From assembly GCF_009914755.1 (NCBI RefSeq), contig NC_060934.1: 64,000 nucleotides of DNA, one strand, 5' to 3'. The notes under the pieces were generated by a model. It had not been told where the DNA came from and made no database searches. It saw only the letters and a list, made by a program, of their open reading frames with translations. Source of the DNA: the human T2T-CHM13v2.0 reference genome, Homo sapiens. The position numbers were made by a program, and so were the translations under genes. Below, one piece after another: positions 30,584 to 47,275 of the stretch; the stretch's first letter is position 1; every line of letters begins with the position of its first letter.

Positions 30584-31667
30584 TCAGTAACTTAGGGCTT
30601 CACTTCAAGGAAAAGAAGGACTTTCCCAAACAGAACTATCAGTGCTCACTTTCCCACCAAGAGAAAGGGAATCTGTATCAAATGGTGGGTGTACCAAGAG
30701 CGACTATCAAACCAAAGAGCAATGGACATGGGAATCTACCTTCCTATGAGACAGGGTGAAATATAGAAGTCAAATAATAAAGATTATTTCCTCTTCCTCA
30801 CCTGATCCCAGGCAGGCCTGGCCTCAGCTCTCTCCAATATTCTTTAGATTTCTTTTAGAACAGTTATGAGAAGACCATACATCATCAGCCCTCCAAATGG
30901 ATCTAAGAGGCGATTTTTAAGTGGTGCCTAGGATTAATAAGGAGGCTCAGGAGAATACATACACACTATTTAGGGTAAGTATTCCAGTCCTGTGTTTACC
31001 TCCATATTTCTAAATAATATGTCAATACTCTCTTTGCTTTTTAACTTTAGAGATTATATTGGCTTCTCATTTTGGTAGTTGCTGTTTAGCACACATATCT
31101 CCCAAGCCCCAACTCTTATCCCTTTTTAATCCTCTGGAATAGTTATATCACTGTTTCTACTTAAATCACTATTAAATATTTTTATTAATGGACTAAATTA
31201 ATACTGCTGTCAGCTTGGCCAAGCAGTGTACTGATTGTTTCTTTTTCTTATTCAACTTTCTGTTTTTCCTGTACATAGTAATTGCCTGATTTATTTTCAT
31301 TTGTTCATTTCCTTGTACCTTGCAGCCTTTGCTAATTTTTCTTCCTTCTTTCAGTATGATGTCTGACATGGTCAAATCTGGCAGGAATCTATCCATTTCA
31401 TTTATTTTTCTGAAGACCATCCTGTGATCTTCACTGATTACCCTCTAGGCCTGCTATCCAGCTGTCATTCTGGGACTTTCCTTTGCTTTTCTCCTGTGTT
31501 AGGTTCCCTATTTCCTGCCTATTGTATCCTCTTTCTTAGTTTAATCCCTATTTTCAGTGATGCTTATAATTCTGGAGCTTCCTGAGAAAAGGTGCAGAGG
31601 AAGTTAATTTTGGGGGTGACTTTGCATGCCTGAAAATATGTTTTTTTTTTTTTTTTTTTTTCTAATT

Positions 31668-31980
<313 letters not shown>

Positions 31981-32537
31981 TTAGGTACTGACTTGCAAGT
32001 GGCAGCTCATTTACTCATTTACCCTCAGAATTTAGAATACGTGTTCAATTTATCTTCCCTAGGTATATTTAGAAAATACTTAAATCGCAAATATTAGGTA
32101 CCAGACACTGTTCTGCACGCTTATAAATACGAACCTACCTTATCCTCATAACAACACTATCATTACTCACAGAGTATAGAGTCAGGATTCAAACCCAGCA
32201 GCCAGGTTTCCAACCTTTCCCCTATGCTGCCACCTCTGATATAGCTGTTGTAAAGCCAAATACCATTTGGATTTCTGTCATTTCTATGGGACCTGTTTTT
32301 CTGTCTGGAAGCTTTTAGGATCTTCTTTTCATTTTTGATGTTCTAAAATTTTATGATAATGTGTCCTAGGGATCTTTTAATATTCATTGTGTGTAATTGT
32401 GGATCCTTTTAATTTATAGTTTTATGTCTTTTAATTCTGGGAATTAAGTGTGTGTATATAAAATAATTTCCCTCCCATTATTTTCTCTGTTCTTCTTCCT
32501 TTCTGGAACTCATCTTCTGGATTGATCCTGTTTTTTT

Positions 32538-32601
32538 CATCAGAGCTGCTGGCATTCATTACCACTCAGATGTGCCTACTAACATAGGCTTCATCAGAGG
32601 C
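32538..32601 (-). pseudogene. SNORD74: retroposed copy of box C/D snoRNA SNORD74 (U74)
   Basis: minus strand GCCTCTGATGAAGCCTATGTTAGTAGGCACATCTGAGTGGTAATGAATGCCAGCAGCTCTGATG aligns with GAS5-hosted U74 as I recall it; C box CTGATGA, D' and D boxes CTGA; A7 tail; flanking repeat CTGGATTGAT/CTGGACTGAT. Confidence 0.85.
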
Positions 32602-32804
32602 TGGACTGATAATTTGATTGCAAAAAGCTTTCTCTTTTTTTTCTAAATTCTGGGAGGAAGTTTTCTGTATTATTATTAACAAGTCCTTAATTTCAAAGAA
32701 AAGTGAGGGATTTTCTTGGTTTGTATCTTCCAATTGCTCTATTGATTTTTAAAAAGTCATTGCAGTTGTATTTTTATTTCCAAGATCTCTTTCTTGTTCT
32801 CTGA

Positions 32805-33218
<414 letters not shown>

Positions 33219-33689
33219 TAAATTTCAAGAGTTCTTCAGCTTTTATACTTTTTTTCCTCTTCAAGTTCCTTTTTACAGTTTGTTTGAATCTCTATTTTTA
33301 TATTACTGTAAATGTCTGGAAATACTTGGTTGTCCATTCATATTGTGGCGCAAGAGATCCAAAATCCCAAGGCTCAATTTTCCATTTTTCTCCCTTTTTT
33401 ATAGTACTGGATAACTCCATTTTCTGTGTCTTTTCAGGGTTAGGCAGAGTCAATCAACTTTCTTCTCATCAGTATCTCTCTGCAAGCACTTGTTTCACTT
33501 TCTACTGTTCCTATAGGTAGTTACTATCCTTCCACCTCTTTTCATCTTCATATTTTTGTTGGCTACAAATGTCTCTAGCATTCATTAAAGTTGGAATTTG
33601 TGTTTCTGTTCTCATTCTCTTTGTTGTTTGAAGGAGATTTCTGAGAGAAGTGTGTAGAAGTATCTTCATTTTGCCATTTTAAATGAAAG

Positions 33690-34500
33690 TCGACCACTGT
33701 TCTTGAAACACCTTTCTTTCTTGGCTTCTGTGACTCCACAGTCTTTGGGTCCTCCTTACATCTCTTCCTTCTCTACTACATGTCTAAACTTTGGAGTCCC
33801 TTAGGTTGTGGTGTTTGGCTACCTACTCATCTCCCTCTATACTTCTACCCAAGGTGCTCCAATCCATTCATGTTAAATACCTCTGTATCCTGATGACTTC
33901 TCAAGTTTCTATTTCCATCTACTATTTCTCCACAGAGTCTCCATGTTATCTATTTTTCACATGCATCTCAAGCTTAACATGTCCAAAACTGAATTCTTGA
34001 TTTTCAGCCCTAACCCTGTTCTTCCCCTAGTCTTTCACATCTCAGTAAACAGCAGCACCGTCCACCTGGTTGTTCAAGCCAAAGGCCTAATATTTTTTTC
34101 TCCTTATTTAACAACCTTCTCTCCACCACATTTAATCCAATCCATTTAATCTAAGATTCTTATTCCAAAGTATAACTTTAGTCTTTCTCTCTTAATTCAA
34201 ACTGCTATAATTTCTTACTGGGATTACTGACAAACCTTCCTAATTGGCCCTTGCTTCTCCTTTTTTCTTTCAACCCCATTCTTCAGATAGCAGTCCTAAT
34301 AAACTTGAAGCATCGATCAGACCATGTCAGTCCTTTCCCCTAAAGATCCTAATAACTTCTCCTGGCATTTCCAAGAATGTCCAAGCTTGTACAACACTGG
34401 GAATGACCTGGTTTTTTCCAACCTCTTTATCTCCTGCAGAGTGATTAGGGTGGAGAGGAACTGGAGTGTTTCTGACCTCAGAGCTTTGCATGTGCTGGTA
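33690..34500 (+). mobile_element. L2 fragment
   Basis: GCATCTCAAGCTTAACATGTCCAAAACTGAATTCTTGAT (HLKLNMSKTE, an L2 ORF2 C-terminal motif). Confidence 0.8.
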
Positions 34501-34519
34501 TTTTTACCTTGTTCATTGT

Positions 34520-34835
<316 letters not shown>

Positions 34836-35031
34836 TCAAGAGGTCTAGGGAATCACCCAAACAAAAGAGGTTCCCCAAAGTATTCTTTCTGATAGGACTC
34901 CCTTTTTCTTAAATGACTTTCCCCAGTTCACATTGGATATTTCTTTGCTTACTTGTTTAAAGATTTTTCACACTAGAAGATGAAACTGCAGGCTAGTGCT
35001 AAGATTTTTTTCTTTACCTTTATCTCAATAA

Positions 35032-35339
<308 letters not shown>

Positions 35340-36129
35340 TCTTATTTTTTAAATTAAATGAATGATTTCTAAAGTAAACAACAATGAAACGAAACAAAAC
35401 AAAAAATGGGATATATAAAATATTCTGCCACATAAAAGTAGAAGATTACCATAGCATTCCCCAAACCAAAGGCTGAACATACTCCAGAAAAGACAGTTCA
35501 GTTTTAGGGAGCATTTGCTTAGAAATTTCAGGATACTTAAACAAATTATGATTTCTTTGAATAAGCGATAGAAGATGTTATGGTAAGACAACAGAATGAG
35601 AATAAAAAAGAAATGTAAGACTAAAATGTAAGGGAACAAGTAAGACCACAACAGACATTATAATGGCATATGAAGCAATGAAGAGTGGAATTACCACTGC
35701 AGAGAATCAAGCCAGTTAAATGAGATAAGTATAAGAAGCTTTGTAAGAACATAGAGGAAATAGGCAAGAAGACTAGAGAGTTAGAAGGAATATAAAAGAT
35801 ACAGGAGACAAATAATAATGGTGTAGCATGTGGATAATTGGTGATCCCAAAAGGGAGAGAACAAATAAAACAAAGATGTTTCTGAAAAAAACAATGATCC
35901 AGATATGCCTGTGGCTAATGTATAATTAATGACAAAATGAACAACACCTAGAATTGTCTTGGTGACGTTCTTGCCTTTAAAGTTTTATGGAATTATTCAT
36001 TCAAAATTTAAATATAAGTAAATAAAACCTCTTGAAGTGAGAAATCATGGTATGGAAGGGCTAGTGACAGTAATAAGCCTTGAAACTATTCAATTTAGAA
36101 CAGGGTACATAAAACTATGATAAACATCG

Positions 36130-36539
36130 TATATTAGGCCACTCTTGTGTTGCCATAAAGAAATGCCTGAGACTGGGTAGTTTATAAGCAAAGAGGTTTA
36201 ATTGGCTCATGGTTCTGTGGGCTATCCAGGAAGCATGCTGCTGGTATCTGCTCTGCTTCTGGGGAAGCCTCAGGAAGCTTACAATTATGGCAGATGGTGA
36301 AGCAGGAGCAGGCACATCACATGGCACAAGCAAGAGCAGGAGAGAGAGAGTTGTGTGGGGGAGGTGCCACAACTTTTCAGTGACCAAATCTCATGAGAAC
36401 TCACTATCATGAAGACAGTATCAAGCCATAAGGGATTTGTCCCCATGATCCAAATACCTTCCACCAGGCCCCACCTCCAACACTGGGGATTACAATTCAA
36501 CATGAGATTTGGGTGGGGACAAATATCCAAACTATACCA
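36130..36539 (-). mobile_element. MSTB-like MaLR solo LTR
   Basis: TATATTAGGCCA...GAGGTTTAATTGGCTCATGG...ATCCAAACTATACCA; near-TSD CATCG/CATGG. Confidence 0.85.
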
Positions 36540-36575
36540 CATGGTTACCTAAAAGATTGCAAAAGTCACATTATT

Positions 36576-39056
36576 AAAAACTGCAGGTCAATATCCCTGA
36601 TGAACTTCAATGCAAAAATATTCAATAAAGTACTGGCAGACTGAATCTAGCAGCTCATCAAAAGGCTTATCCACTACAATCCAGTTGGCTTCATACCCAG
36701 ATGCAAGGCTGGTTCAATATATAAAAATCAATAAATGTAATTCATCACATAAACAGCACTAAAGACAAAAACCACATGATTATCTCAATAGACACAGAAA
36801 AAGCCTTCAATAAAATTCAACATCCCTTCATGTTAAAAACTTTCAGTAAACTAGGTATTGATGGAACATACCTACAAATAAGAAGAGCCATTCATGACAG
36901 ACCTACAGCCAATATCATACGGAATGGGAAAAAGCTGGAAGCATTCCTCTTGAAAACCGGCACAAGACAGGATATCCTCTCTCACCACTCCTATTCAACA
37001 TAGTATTGGAAGTTCTGGCCAGGGCAATCAGACAAGAGAAAGAAATAAAACGTATTCAAATAGGAAGAGAGGAAATCAAACTATCTCTGTTTGCAGATGA
37101 CATAATCTTATATCTAGAAAACCCCATCATCTTAGCCCCAAAACTTCTTAAGCTAATAATCAACATCAGCAAAGTCTCAGCATAGAAAATCAATGTGCAA
37201 AAATCACAGGCATTCCTATACACCAACAATAGACAAGCAGAGAGCCAAATCATGAATGAACTTCCATTCTCATTAGATACAAAGAGAATAGAATACCTAG
37301 GAATACAGCTAACAAGGGAAGTAAAGGACCTCTTCAAGGAGAACTCAGACCACTGCTCAAGGAAATCAGAATGGACATGAACAAATGGAAAAACATTCCA
37401 TGCTCACAGGTAGGCAGAATCAATATCATGAAAATGGCCATACTGCCCAAAGCAACTTATAGATTGAATGCTATTCCCATTAAATTACCATTGACATTCT
37501 TCACAGAATTAGAAATAACTACTTTAAAATTTATATGGAACCAAAAAAGAGTGCATATAGTGAAGACAATCCTAAGCAAAAAGAACAAAGCTGGAGGCAT
37601 CATGCTACCTACTTCAAACTATACTACAAGGCTACAGTAACTGAAACAGCATGGTACTGGTACCAAAACAGACATATAGAACAATGGAACAGAATACAGA
37701 ACTCAGAAATAAGACTGCACATCTACAACTATCTGATCTTCAACAAACCTGACAAAAACAAGCAATGGGGAAAGGATTTCCTACTTAATCAATGGTGCTG
37801 GGAGAACTGTCTAGTCATATGCAGAAAATTGAAACTGGACCCCTTCCTTACACATTATACAAAAATTAACTCAAGATGGATTAAAGACTTAAATGTAAAA
37901 TCCAAAACTATAAAAACCCTAGAAGAAAATCTAGGCAATACCATTCAGCACATAAGCATGGGCAAAGATTTCAAGGTGAAAATGTCAAAAGCAATTGCAA
38001 TGAAAACAAAAATTGACAATCGGGATCTCACTAAACTGAAGCACTTCTGCACAGAAAAAGAAACCATCATCAGAGTGAACAGACAACCTACAGAATGGGA
38101 GAAAATGTGTGCAGTCTATCCATCCGACAAAGGTCCAATAACCATAATCTACAAGGAACTTAAGCAAATTCACACTAAAAAGCAAACAACCCCCTTAAAA
38201 TGTGGGCAAAGGACATGAATAGACACTTCTCAAAAGAAAACATTTATGTGGCCAACAAACATATTAAAAAAAGCTCAGCATTACTGATAATTAGATAAAT
38301 GTAAATCAAAACTATGATGAGATACCATCTCATACCAGTCAGAATAGAGATTATCAGAAAGTCAAGAAACAACAGATGCTGGTGAGGCTGTGGAGAAATA
38401 GGAACACTTTTATGCTGTTCATGGGAATGTAAATTAGCTCAACCATTGTGGAAGACAGTGCGGTGATTCTTCCAAGACCTAGAACCAGAAATACCATTTG
38501 ACACAGCTATCCCATTACTGGGTATATACTCAAAGGAATATAAATTATTCTGTTATAAAGATACATGCACACATATGTTCATTGCAGCACTATTCACAAT
38601 AGCAAAGACATGAAATCAACCCAAATGTCTGTCAATGATAGACTGGATAAAGAAAATGTAGTACATGTACACCATGGAATACTATGCAGCCATAAAAGGG
38701 AATGAGATCATGTCCTTTGCAGGGACATGGATGGAGCTAGAAGCCATTATCCTCAGCAACCTAACACAGGAACAGACAACCAAACAGCACACCTTCTCAT
38801 TTATAAGTGGGAGCTGAACAATGAGAACACATAGACACAGGGAGGGGAACAACACATGATGGGGCCTGTTGGTGGGGTGTGGGAAAGGGAGAGCATCAGG
38901 AAAAACAGCTAATGCATGCTGGGCTTAATACCTAGGTGATGGGTTGATAGGTGCAGCAAACCACCATGGCTCATGTTTACCTGTGTAACAAACCTGCACA
39001 TCCTGCACGTGGATCCCAGAACTTTAAAACAAAAACAAACAAACAAAAAAAAAACC
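36576..39056 (+). mobile_element. 5'-truncated L1PA (about L1PA11-15) with disrupted ORF2
   Basis: RT motifs [18 protein letters not shown] and LFADD; ORF 37535-38218 is L1 ORF2 C-terminal sequence; L1PA 3' UTR and A-rich tail; TCACATTAT on both flanks. Confidence 0.92.
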
Positions 39057-40012
39057 CATCACATTATCGAAAAAGAAGGATCACTGCGCAAACAATGATA
39101 ATACTCTAAACATATACAGTGTTAACATTTACAATAATTTGCTGAGACAAAAGTCCCAAACCTTACCTCTCCCAACTGGCTAGATGGCAGGTAGAAGGGG
39201 AGGCCATAGGAGGAAGTATTTTTCATATGAAATGTCAATAGATACTCTTCAATTATAATATAGATTGAGAATATTGAAGGGAAGCATGGATTTAAGTAAT
39301 TTTTTAAAAAGATAACTACTGGCAGAACTAAAACATTTCAAATTATTATCGAAGGAAAACACATCAGTGAAACAGATAAAAGTTAGAAAATAGTAATAAA
39401 CATTTAAAAACACACAACAACATGACAGAAATAGGACCAAGTGTATATTACTTAAAAAAAATAAAAATGAAGTAAAATCACCTAAGAAAGAAAGAAAGTA
39501 CCACACTGGGTCAAAAACGAAATCCAATAAGGTAATACCTAGAAGAGACATCTACAAGGAGTAACAAAGGAAGTGTAACCACTATTTATTGATTCAGTAG
39601 ATCAATGAATCAAATTATTGCATGCCTACCATGTGCCTAGCACTGCTCCACATGCTGGGTTAAAAATGTAAGAATTAGCAAAACATGACATACAAATACA
39701 AACAAAAATAAAGCAGGAGTCCCAATTTTGACATAGGAGTATTTTATGTTCCTGTAAAAATCAACAAATAGGACAAAAGGATTACTGTTTTATTGCTGAC
39801 ATATAGAAACCTCAATAAATACCTAATTGTAGTGAAATTATGTACAATAAAAAACAACATAATGATAAAATACATAATGGAAAATCTGTTTGCGATGCGT
39901 GAAGAAAAAAATCTGTGGTGGGAGAACATTAGCATATTCCTGTGAGTCATTAACTAACCAAAGAGGAACAAATATGCATTATACTAGAGAAACTGAATAA
40001 TATAATTAATGA

Positions 40013-40391
<379 letters not shown>

Positions 40392-41064
40392 TAAATGACA
40401 AATTCTTAATTCAAAATGACTCATGTATTTAATTTTATTTTAAAAATCTGTATCTGTAAACAAATATATTCATATAGATAAAAATAAAGCAAGATGGAGA
40501 TTGCAGAATTAATGGTACTTTTACTGGGTGGTGGTATTTCTAGTTATCAATATTTTCCTTTTATGTATATGCATTTTCTAACATTTCTGCAATGAAGAGG
40601 TATATAATCATACATCTTAAAATTATACTTTAATTATAATTATAATTTAAAAAAGATAAAGGAGACAGCTGGAAAATCTATGCTAAATGAAGTATTAGAA
40701 GAGAGATGGACTGTCACAAAAGAAAGGTGATTAGTAGGAAGGAGGAAGTGTGCACAGAGGGAAGAAACCTTCAGCGTGTCTTGGGAAGCTTTATTAAACT
40801 ACAAGAACTGAGAGAAATCCAAGAAAAATGCATTGTTAGTTCATATATGGAAAAGGAAGCCAAAGTGGTATATAACTAGAATGGAACTTCTCATCACAGG
40901 CAGAGCACGTTCCCAGAGCATACTGCAAAGTAAAGAACAGAAAGAGAAATAGATCTCAAAGGACTATAGATATTAAAATTAATGCTAACCCTGGAAGGAT
41001 TATGTTACTATGCTGTTGATTTTGGAAAGTGAGGGAAATTTCAAGCCTCTTGAAATTATAAAAG

Positions 41065-41200
41065 ACACAGTGGTATATTAACAAGAACCCGGTGGAATTG
41101 ACATACTTGAGTCAGAATTCAAGGTTTGCCACTTAACCAGCTTGTAACCTCATTACTTAAAGGTCTCTTGCCCTCTGTTTTCTTATCTATAAAATAGAAA
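41065..41200 (+). mobile_element. MIR
   Basis: GCCACTTAACCAGCTTGTAACCT...CTGTTTTCTTATCTATAAAATAG. Confidence 0.6.
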
Positions 41201-42868
41201 GATATGCTTTCTTTGAATGACTATACCGTTGAATCATCCAAAAAGCACATATACACATACATGTATGTACATATATATGAATATATGTATATATACACAG
41301 ACATATGTAGCATCAGGCATAAGTGAATCCTGAGATGGTTAGGAAAAGCTTTCAAAAGAAATGGAATTGGATCTTGAAAGATTAATTTACTAATTAATAT
41401 GTATTGAATACTTACCACAAGCCAGGCACAGGGGCCACTGAGGGAAACAATAGGAACGGCCACTGCCCTCAGGAAGCTTCTATTCCAGTGATGAGTAAGA
41501 CTTTTTAAGGCAAAGAAGGTGCATCCCTGAGCTAGAGAATAGTGGAAGCTGGATTACATTCTATATGTCAAATACTGTAAAAACCTTGACCCAAATTGGT
41601 CTTAATTATTCACTAAAACCTTTAAATCACCCATTTACCTAGTATAGCAGTTTATGGGCAGAAAAATGTATTTACCCAACAAACAATGGCATGCTTCTGT
41701 AAACTCAGTACTCTGAGAGTCCTTTAAAGATAACATAATAAGAGCATGCGTATTATTTCTTTAAGAAACTCGTAGTGCAGTAGGAAAGTTAAGACATATG
41801 GAGCCATGTCTACAATGTAGTGCAAAATATTAGAGAAGGGACTAAGGTGGTGCATGAGAACAGAAAGGTTATGTTGGATAGGGAGGCATCATGGGAATTC
41901 CATAGAGGGATATTGGCATTCAAAATACACCTTGCAGGAAAGCCAGAATCTGGACATACTAATCCTTGGGCAGGAGGAAGTGTGATAGAGCACACTCCTG
42001 AGATATGAAAAGGGATGAAAAAAGGCCAGAGAAGAAAAATAAGTTATCAATAATCAAATAATTGGATTTGATTAGATTGATAATAATCACAGCATCATTT
42101 TTTTTCTTTCTACATAATTTCAAAGATTATGGTTTGGGCAGTAATAATGCAGGCCTATAGAACTGAATAGGTAATTATGGGACATTGGTAAAGATCAAAT
42201 TCTTAAGTGTTAATTTCTTACTACCTATGATCAGCATTTCTTAAGACGAGTGGGAAATTAGGACCCACATGTTGAGTAAGATGTTCATGAGAATGTCAAG
42301 GAGCCTTGTCAACCTTGATGGACAACTGATGTTAAAAAGACAATAAAGTAATTCTCATAATTTAATGGAAAGAGATTGCTATTTAATGCCAGAAGAGGAA
42401 GAACTAATATATGCAAAGGCCTGTAGAAATGAGGAATATGAACAAAATAATCCCCTTTTTGTTTCAGGAAAATGTAAAGTAGTGCCCCAGGGACTGTTGG
42501 CAAATATTATCATCTTTGAAAGCTACTGCTTAACACAAATTCCGGGAAGCTGGAGGCTTCTGGGTAATGTGAATCACAAGGAAAGAATGCCCCATTTTGT
42601 GGCTGAAACTTTTAAATGGGATACTGGTTGATCTCAGTAAAGAAGTCTGGGGGTCAGAGTTAGTTTGGAAGAATTTTCAGCCTGTTGCTGTAGAGGCTGC
42701 TACACAGGGCCCTGACTTTGGTTTGCTTCTTTTTTGGCCTGTCTGATTAGAATGTTCCATGTGACCATCTGCTGTGGGAACCACTCACATCTCTAGGGAC
42801 ATGATTCTTTCTCCTCAATATATAGAATTATAACTGTTAAGAATTTTGCTGAAGATGTAGCTTAAGTA

Positions 42869-43176
42869 GGCACATTGGCTCACGCCTATAATCCTAGCAC
42901 TTTGGGAGGCCGAGGCTGAGGTGGGTGAATTGCTTGAGCCAAGAGGTTGAGACCAGCCTGGGAAACATGATGAAACCCCATCTCTACAAAAAATACAAAA
43001 ATTAGGCCAGGCATGGTGGTGCATGCCTGTAGTCCCACCTACTCGGGGTGCTGAGGTGGGAGGATCGCTTGAACCTAGGAGGCTGAGGTTGCGGTGAGCC
43101 GAGATCATGCCACTACACTCCAGCAAGGACGACAGAGCCGAACTCTGTCTTAAAAAACAAAACAAAACAACAAACA
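42869..43176 (+). mobile_element. AluJ-like element
   Basis: Alu dimer with AAAAC tail. Confidence 0.9.
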
Positions 43177-43344
43177 CAGTGTAACAGGGTTCTACTCATT
43201 CTTTTAAATGAATATTTATTAAGCACTGATTGTATACATGGTTCCTGCCTTTGAGAATTTTTATTTCATTTAGTGGCAAAATATACATATTTCATATTTA
43301 TATATATTGTGCATTTCACTGACTGGATCTTGAAAGAGAGAGAG

Positions 43345-43849
<505 letters not shown>

Positions 43850-44049
43850 ATATATATTTCTTTAAAGTAAAAATCCTGGCCAGTGCTAACTCATCATCCT
43901 ACTTTAAAATAAACAAATATATATGTATATTGAGGTTGATATTTCTCTATATATTTATAAATATTTCTACAGAAATAAATATACATATATATACACACAA
44001 GTATCTAGTCAGTGAAATGCATGAAAAATGATTATAATGTGATCAGTGG

Positions 44050-44700
44050 TGTAGTAGGTCTCTATAGTAAATGCTATGGGAAGAGGCTGTATGAACCGCT
44101 TTGTGCTAGAGATAGCTTCAAAAAAGATATTATCTGAGCCTCTTTGTGAGGAATGGGAGGTTGGTGGTAGGAAAAGGCAGGGTGAAGGGTGGGGGAAGGA
44201 AAACACTTTGGGAGAGAGGGTAAAAGACTTGGATGGGCAAAGGCTTACACTATATGGTCAAGGAATTACAAAGAGCTCCGTGGGGTTAGAGCATCAATGA
44301 ATGGGAATAATGCAGGACATGAGGCTGGAAAGAATTTGGGACCTGGCCAGGATCGGCCTTGTGCTTAGGATGAGGCATGAGCATTGGCCAGGACTGGCGA
44401 GAGTGTCATTGAAAGTTTCTACACAGATCTACGCCACGTGAAAATGTACTGAGCAAGAGACTGAAGAGAGGGAGGTGAGTTAGGAGGAGTAAAGAAAGGA
44501 GAAGACTTTCCTTTCTTTGACTTGCCACTGCATAGCAGACGGAGGGCAGGGAAACCTAGCAATGCCAACAATGTAGAATGTGTAGGATTTGGGGAACTAA
44601 ATGTAAATGGTGAGGGGAGATAAGGTAATTCCCAGGGCGCCTGCTTGAGTTGAGTAAGTTGAGTAACCAATTGATAATGATGGTGCCATCTACTCAAGAA
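44050..44700 (-). mobile_element. L2 fragments
   Basis: degenerate purine-rich antisense L2, e.g. ATAATGATGGTGCCATCTACTCAAG. Confidence 0.5.
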
Positions 44701-45561
44701 GAAGAGTAAATTTGGTATTTTTCTTTGTGGTTGTCCCTATATGTTGATTTTTATTTTTGGCTGTAGTTCCAGAAGGTGATGGAATTCAACAAGCTGATGG
44801 GATTCAAAATGGAAAATGTTAAGCCTACCTAAATGGTGGCTGCCCCATTGCTGTTAGGGAGAGAGTAGATGGCACACCCATTGCTTTCTCCATTAGCAGC
44901 TTGCTTCCTAGAGAGACACAGATTATGCAAGCATAGAATAACAAGGCAAAGTGACAATTACAGAGTAGAGGTTGCTGAGCTGGGGGAGGAGTTAGCTTCC
45001 AACTTTGCTGGGGATAGAACCTGAGGTGGAGTGTTGCTAAAGGCTTCCTGTAGAAAGGGACTCTTTTTGTTTAATTAAAATTTTTTGTTTATAATTATTA
45101 TTGGTACATAATAGTTCTATATATTTATGGAGTACATGTGATGTTTTGATATAGGCATACAATGTGTAATGATGAAATAATGATAATTGGGGTATCCATC
45201 AGCTCAAGCATAGACAAAATTTACTTCATGAACAACCTAAATGTCCATCAATAGACAAAAGGATAAAAAAATGTGGTACATATACATAATGAAGTACTAT
45301 TCAGCCATAAAAAGAATGAAATCCTGTCATTTGCAACAACATGAATGGAACTGGAAGTCATTAAGTGAAATAAACCAGACACAGAAAGATGAATTTTACA
45401 TGTTTTCACTCATATGTGGGAGCTAAAAATTTTAAAAACTGAATTCATGGAGATAGAGAGTAGAATGATGCTTATCAGAGACTGGGAAGAGTGGCAGGAG
45501 TGGAGGATAAAGTGAGGATGGTTAATGGGTACATAAATACATTTAGAATGAATAAGTTCTA

Positions 45562-46200
<639 letters not shown>

Positions 46201-46235
46201 AATAGGGTGACTATTGTTAACATAATTTATTGTAT

Positions 46236-46446
46236 AGCCTGAGCAACATAGTGAGACCCTGTCTCTACAAAAAATAAAAAAAAATTAGCTGGGCATGGTG
46301 ACATGCACCTGTGGTCCAAGTTTCTAGGGAGGCCAATGTAGGAGGATCACTTGAGCCCAGAGATTGAGGCTGCAGTGAGCTGTGATCACGTCACTGTACT
46401 CTAGCCTGGGTGGCAAAGTGAGACCCTGTCTCAAAAAGAAGAAAAA
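46236..46446 (+). mobile_element. 5'-truncated AluJ-like element
   Basis: TSD AATTTATTGTATA on both sides. Confidence 0.88.
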
Positions 46447-46887
46447 ATTTATTGTATATCTAAGTATAATTAAAGAGTGGAACTAGAATGCTCCTAACAT
46501 GAAGGGACTCTTGAGCTGAGGCTTGAGGGATATGTGGAAGTTTTACAGGTGAAAAAGTGAGAAATGTACATGTAAAGACATAACATACGAGAAAATATGG
46601 CTTATTTAAGCAACGACAAATGGTCCAGTTTCATTAATACTAGTATGAGAGGGGAAGAATGACATGAAATGAGGCTAGAAAGGTAATCAGTAGCAGAACA
46701 GTAAAAGTAAGAAGTTACCATTTTTACCCTATAGTTGATGAAGAGGCATTGGAGAATTTTGAGGAGGATCTTGATAGCTGATCTGATCACTTGCTCATTC
46801 ACTCATTCACTCACTCACCAAATATGATCTAGGTTCAATGTTGGGCCACTCTGGTAGCAATGTGAAAAATGAATAAATAAAAGATAT

Positions 46888-47275
46888 TTGGCAGAGAACA
46901 CCAGCTGTTTTCACCAAATGTACTTCTGCCTGGATACACAGCCAGACCACACATCTCAGTCTCTCTTGCAGTTAGGTGTGGTCATGTGACCTTAGTCTAG
47001 TCTATGGAATGTGTGCAAAAGTGAGTTGTGTTGTATTCTGTCCAGGCCCATTAAAACCTCACGTGTGCTGGGTTTTATGCTGGCTGACTGAGTTGAGATC
47101 TTGGAAACCAAGTCATGGAGATACTAGTGCTGTCACCAGAATAGGCCTCCCTACTGTCTTGAAACACATACTGGACTGTTAAGTGGGCCAGAAGTAAACA
47201 TTTATGTGTTTACTTATAAGTTGAGTCATTGTGTATTTGGATCTGTTGCCATTGCTCAGCCTATCCTAATAACAC
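46888..47275 (+). mobile_element. MLT1 (MaLR) solo LTR
   Basis: CTTGCAGTTAGGTGTGGTCATGTGAC...AGAAGTAAAC...CCTATCCTAATAACA. Confidence 0.7.

Noticed and set aside
32538-32601. Functional link between the GAS5-derived snoRNA copy and reported GAS5-PTEN regulation
   Set aside because: Retrocopy insertion sites are essentially random; nothing in the sequence supports a connection
37535-38218. 227-aa ORF as a novel gene or active L1
   Set aside because: Fragment of L1 ORF2 in a 5'-truncated element with frameshifts and stops
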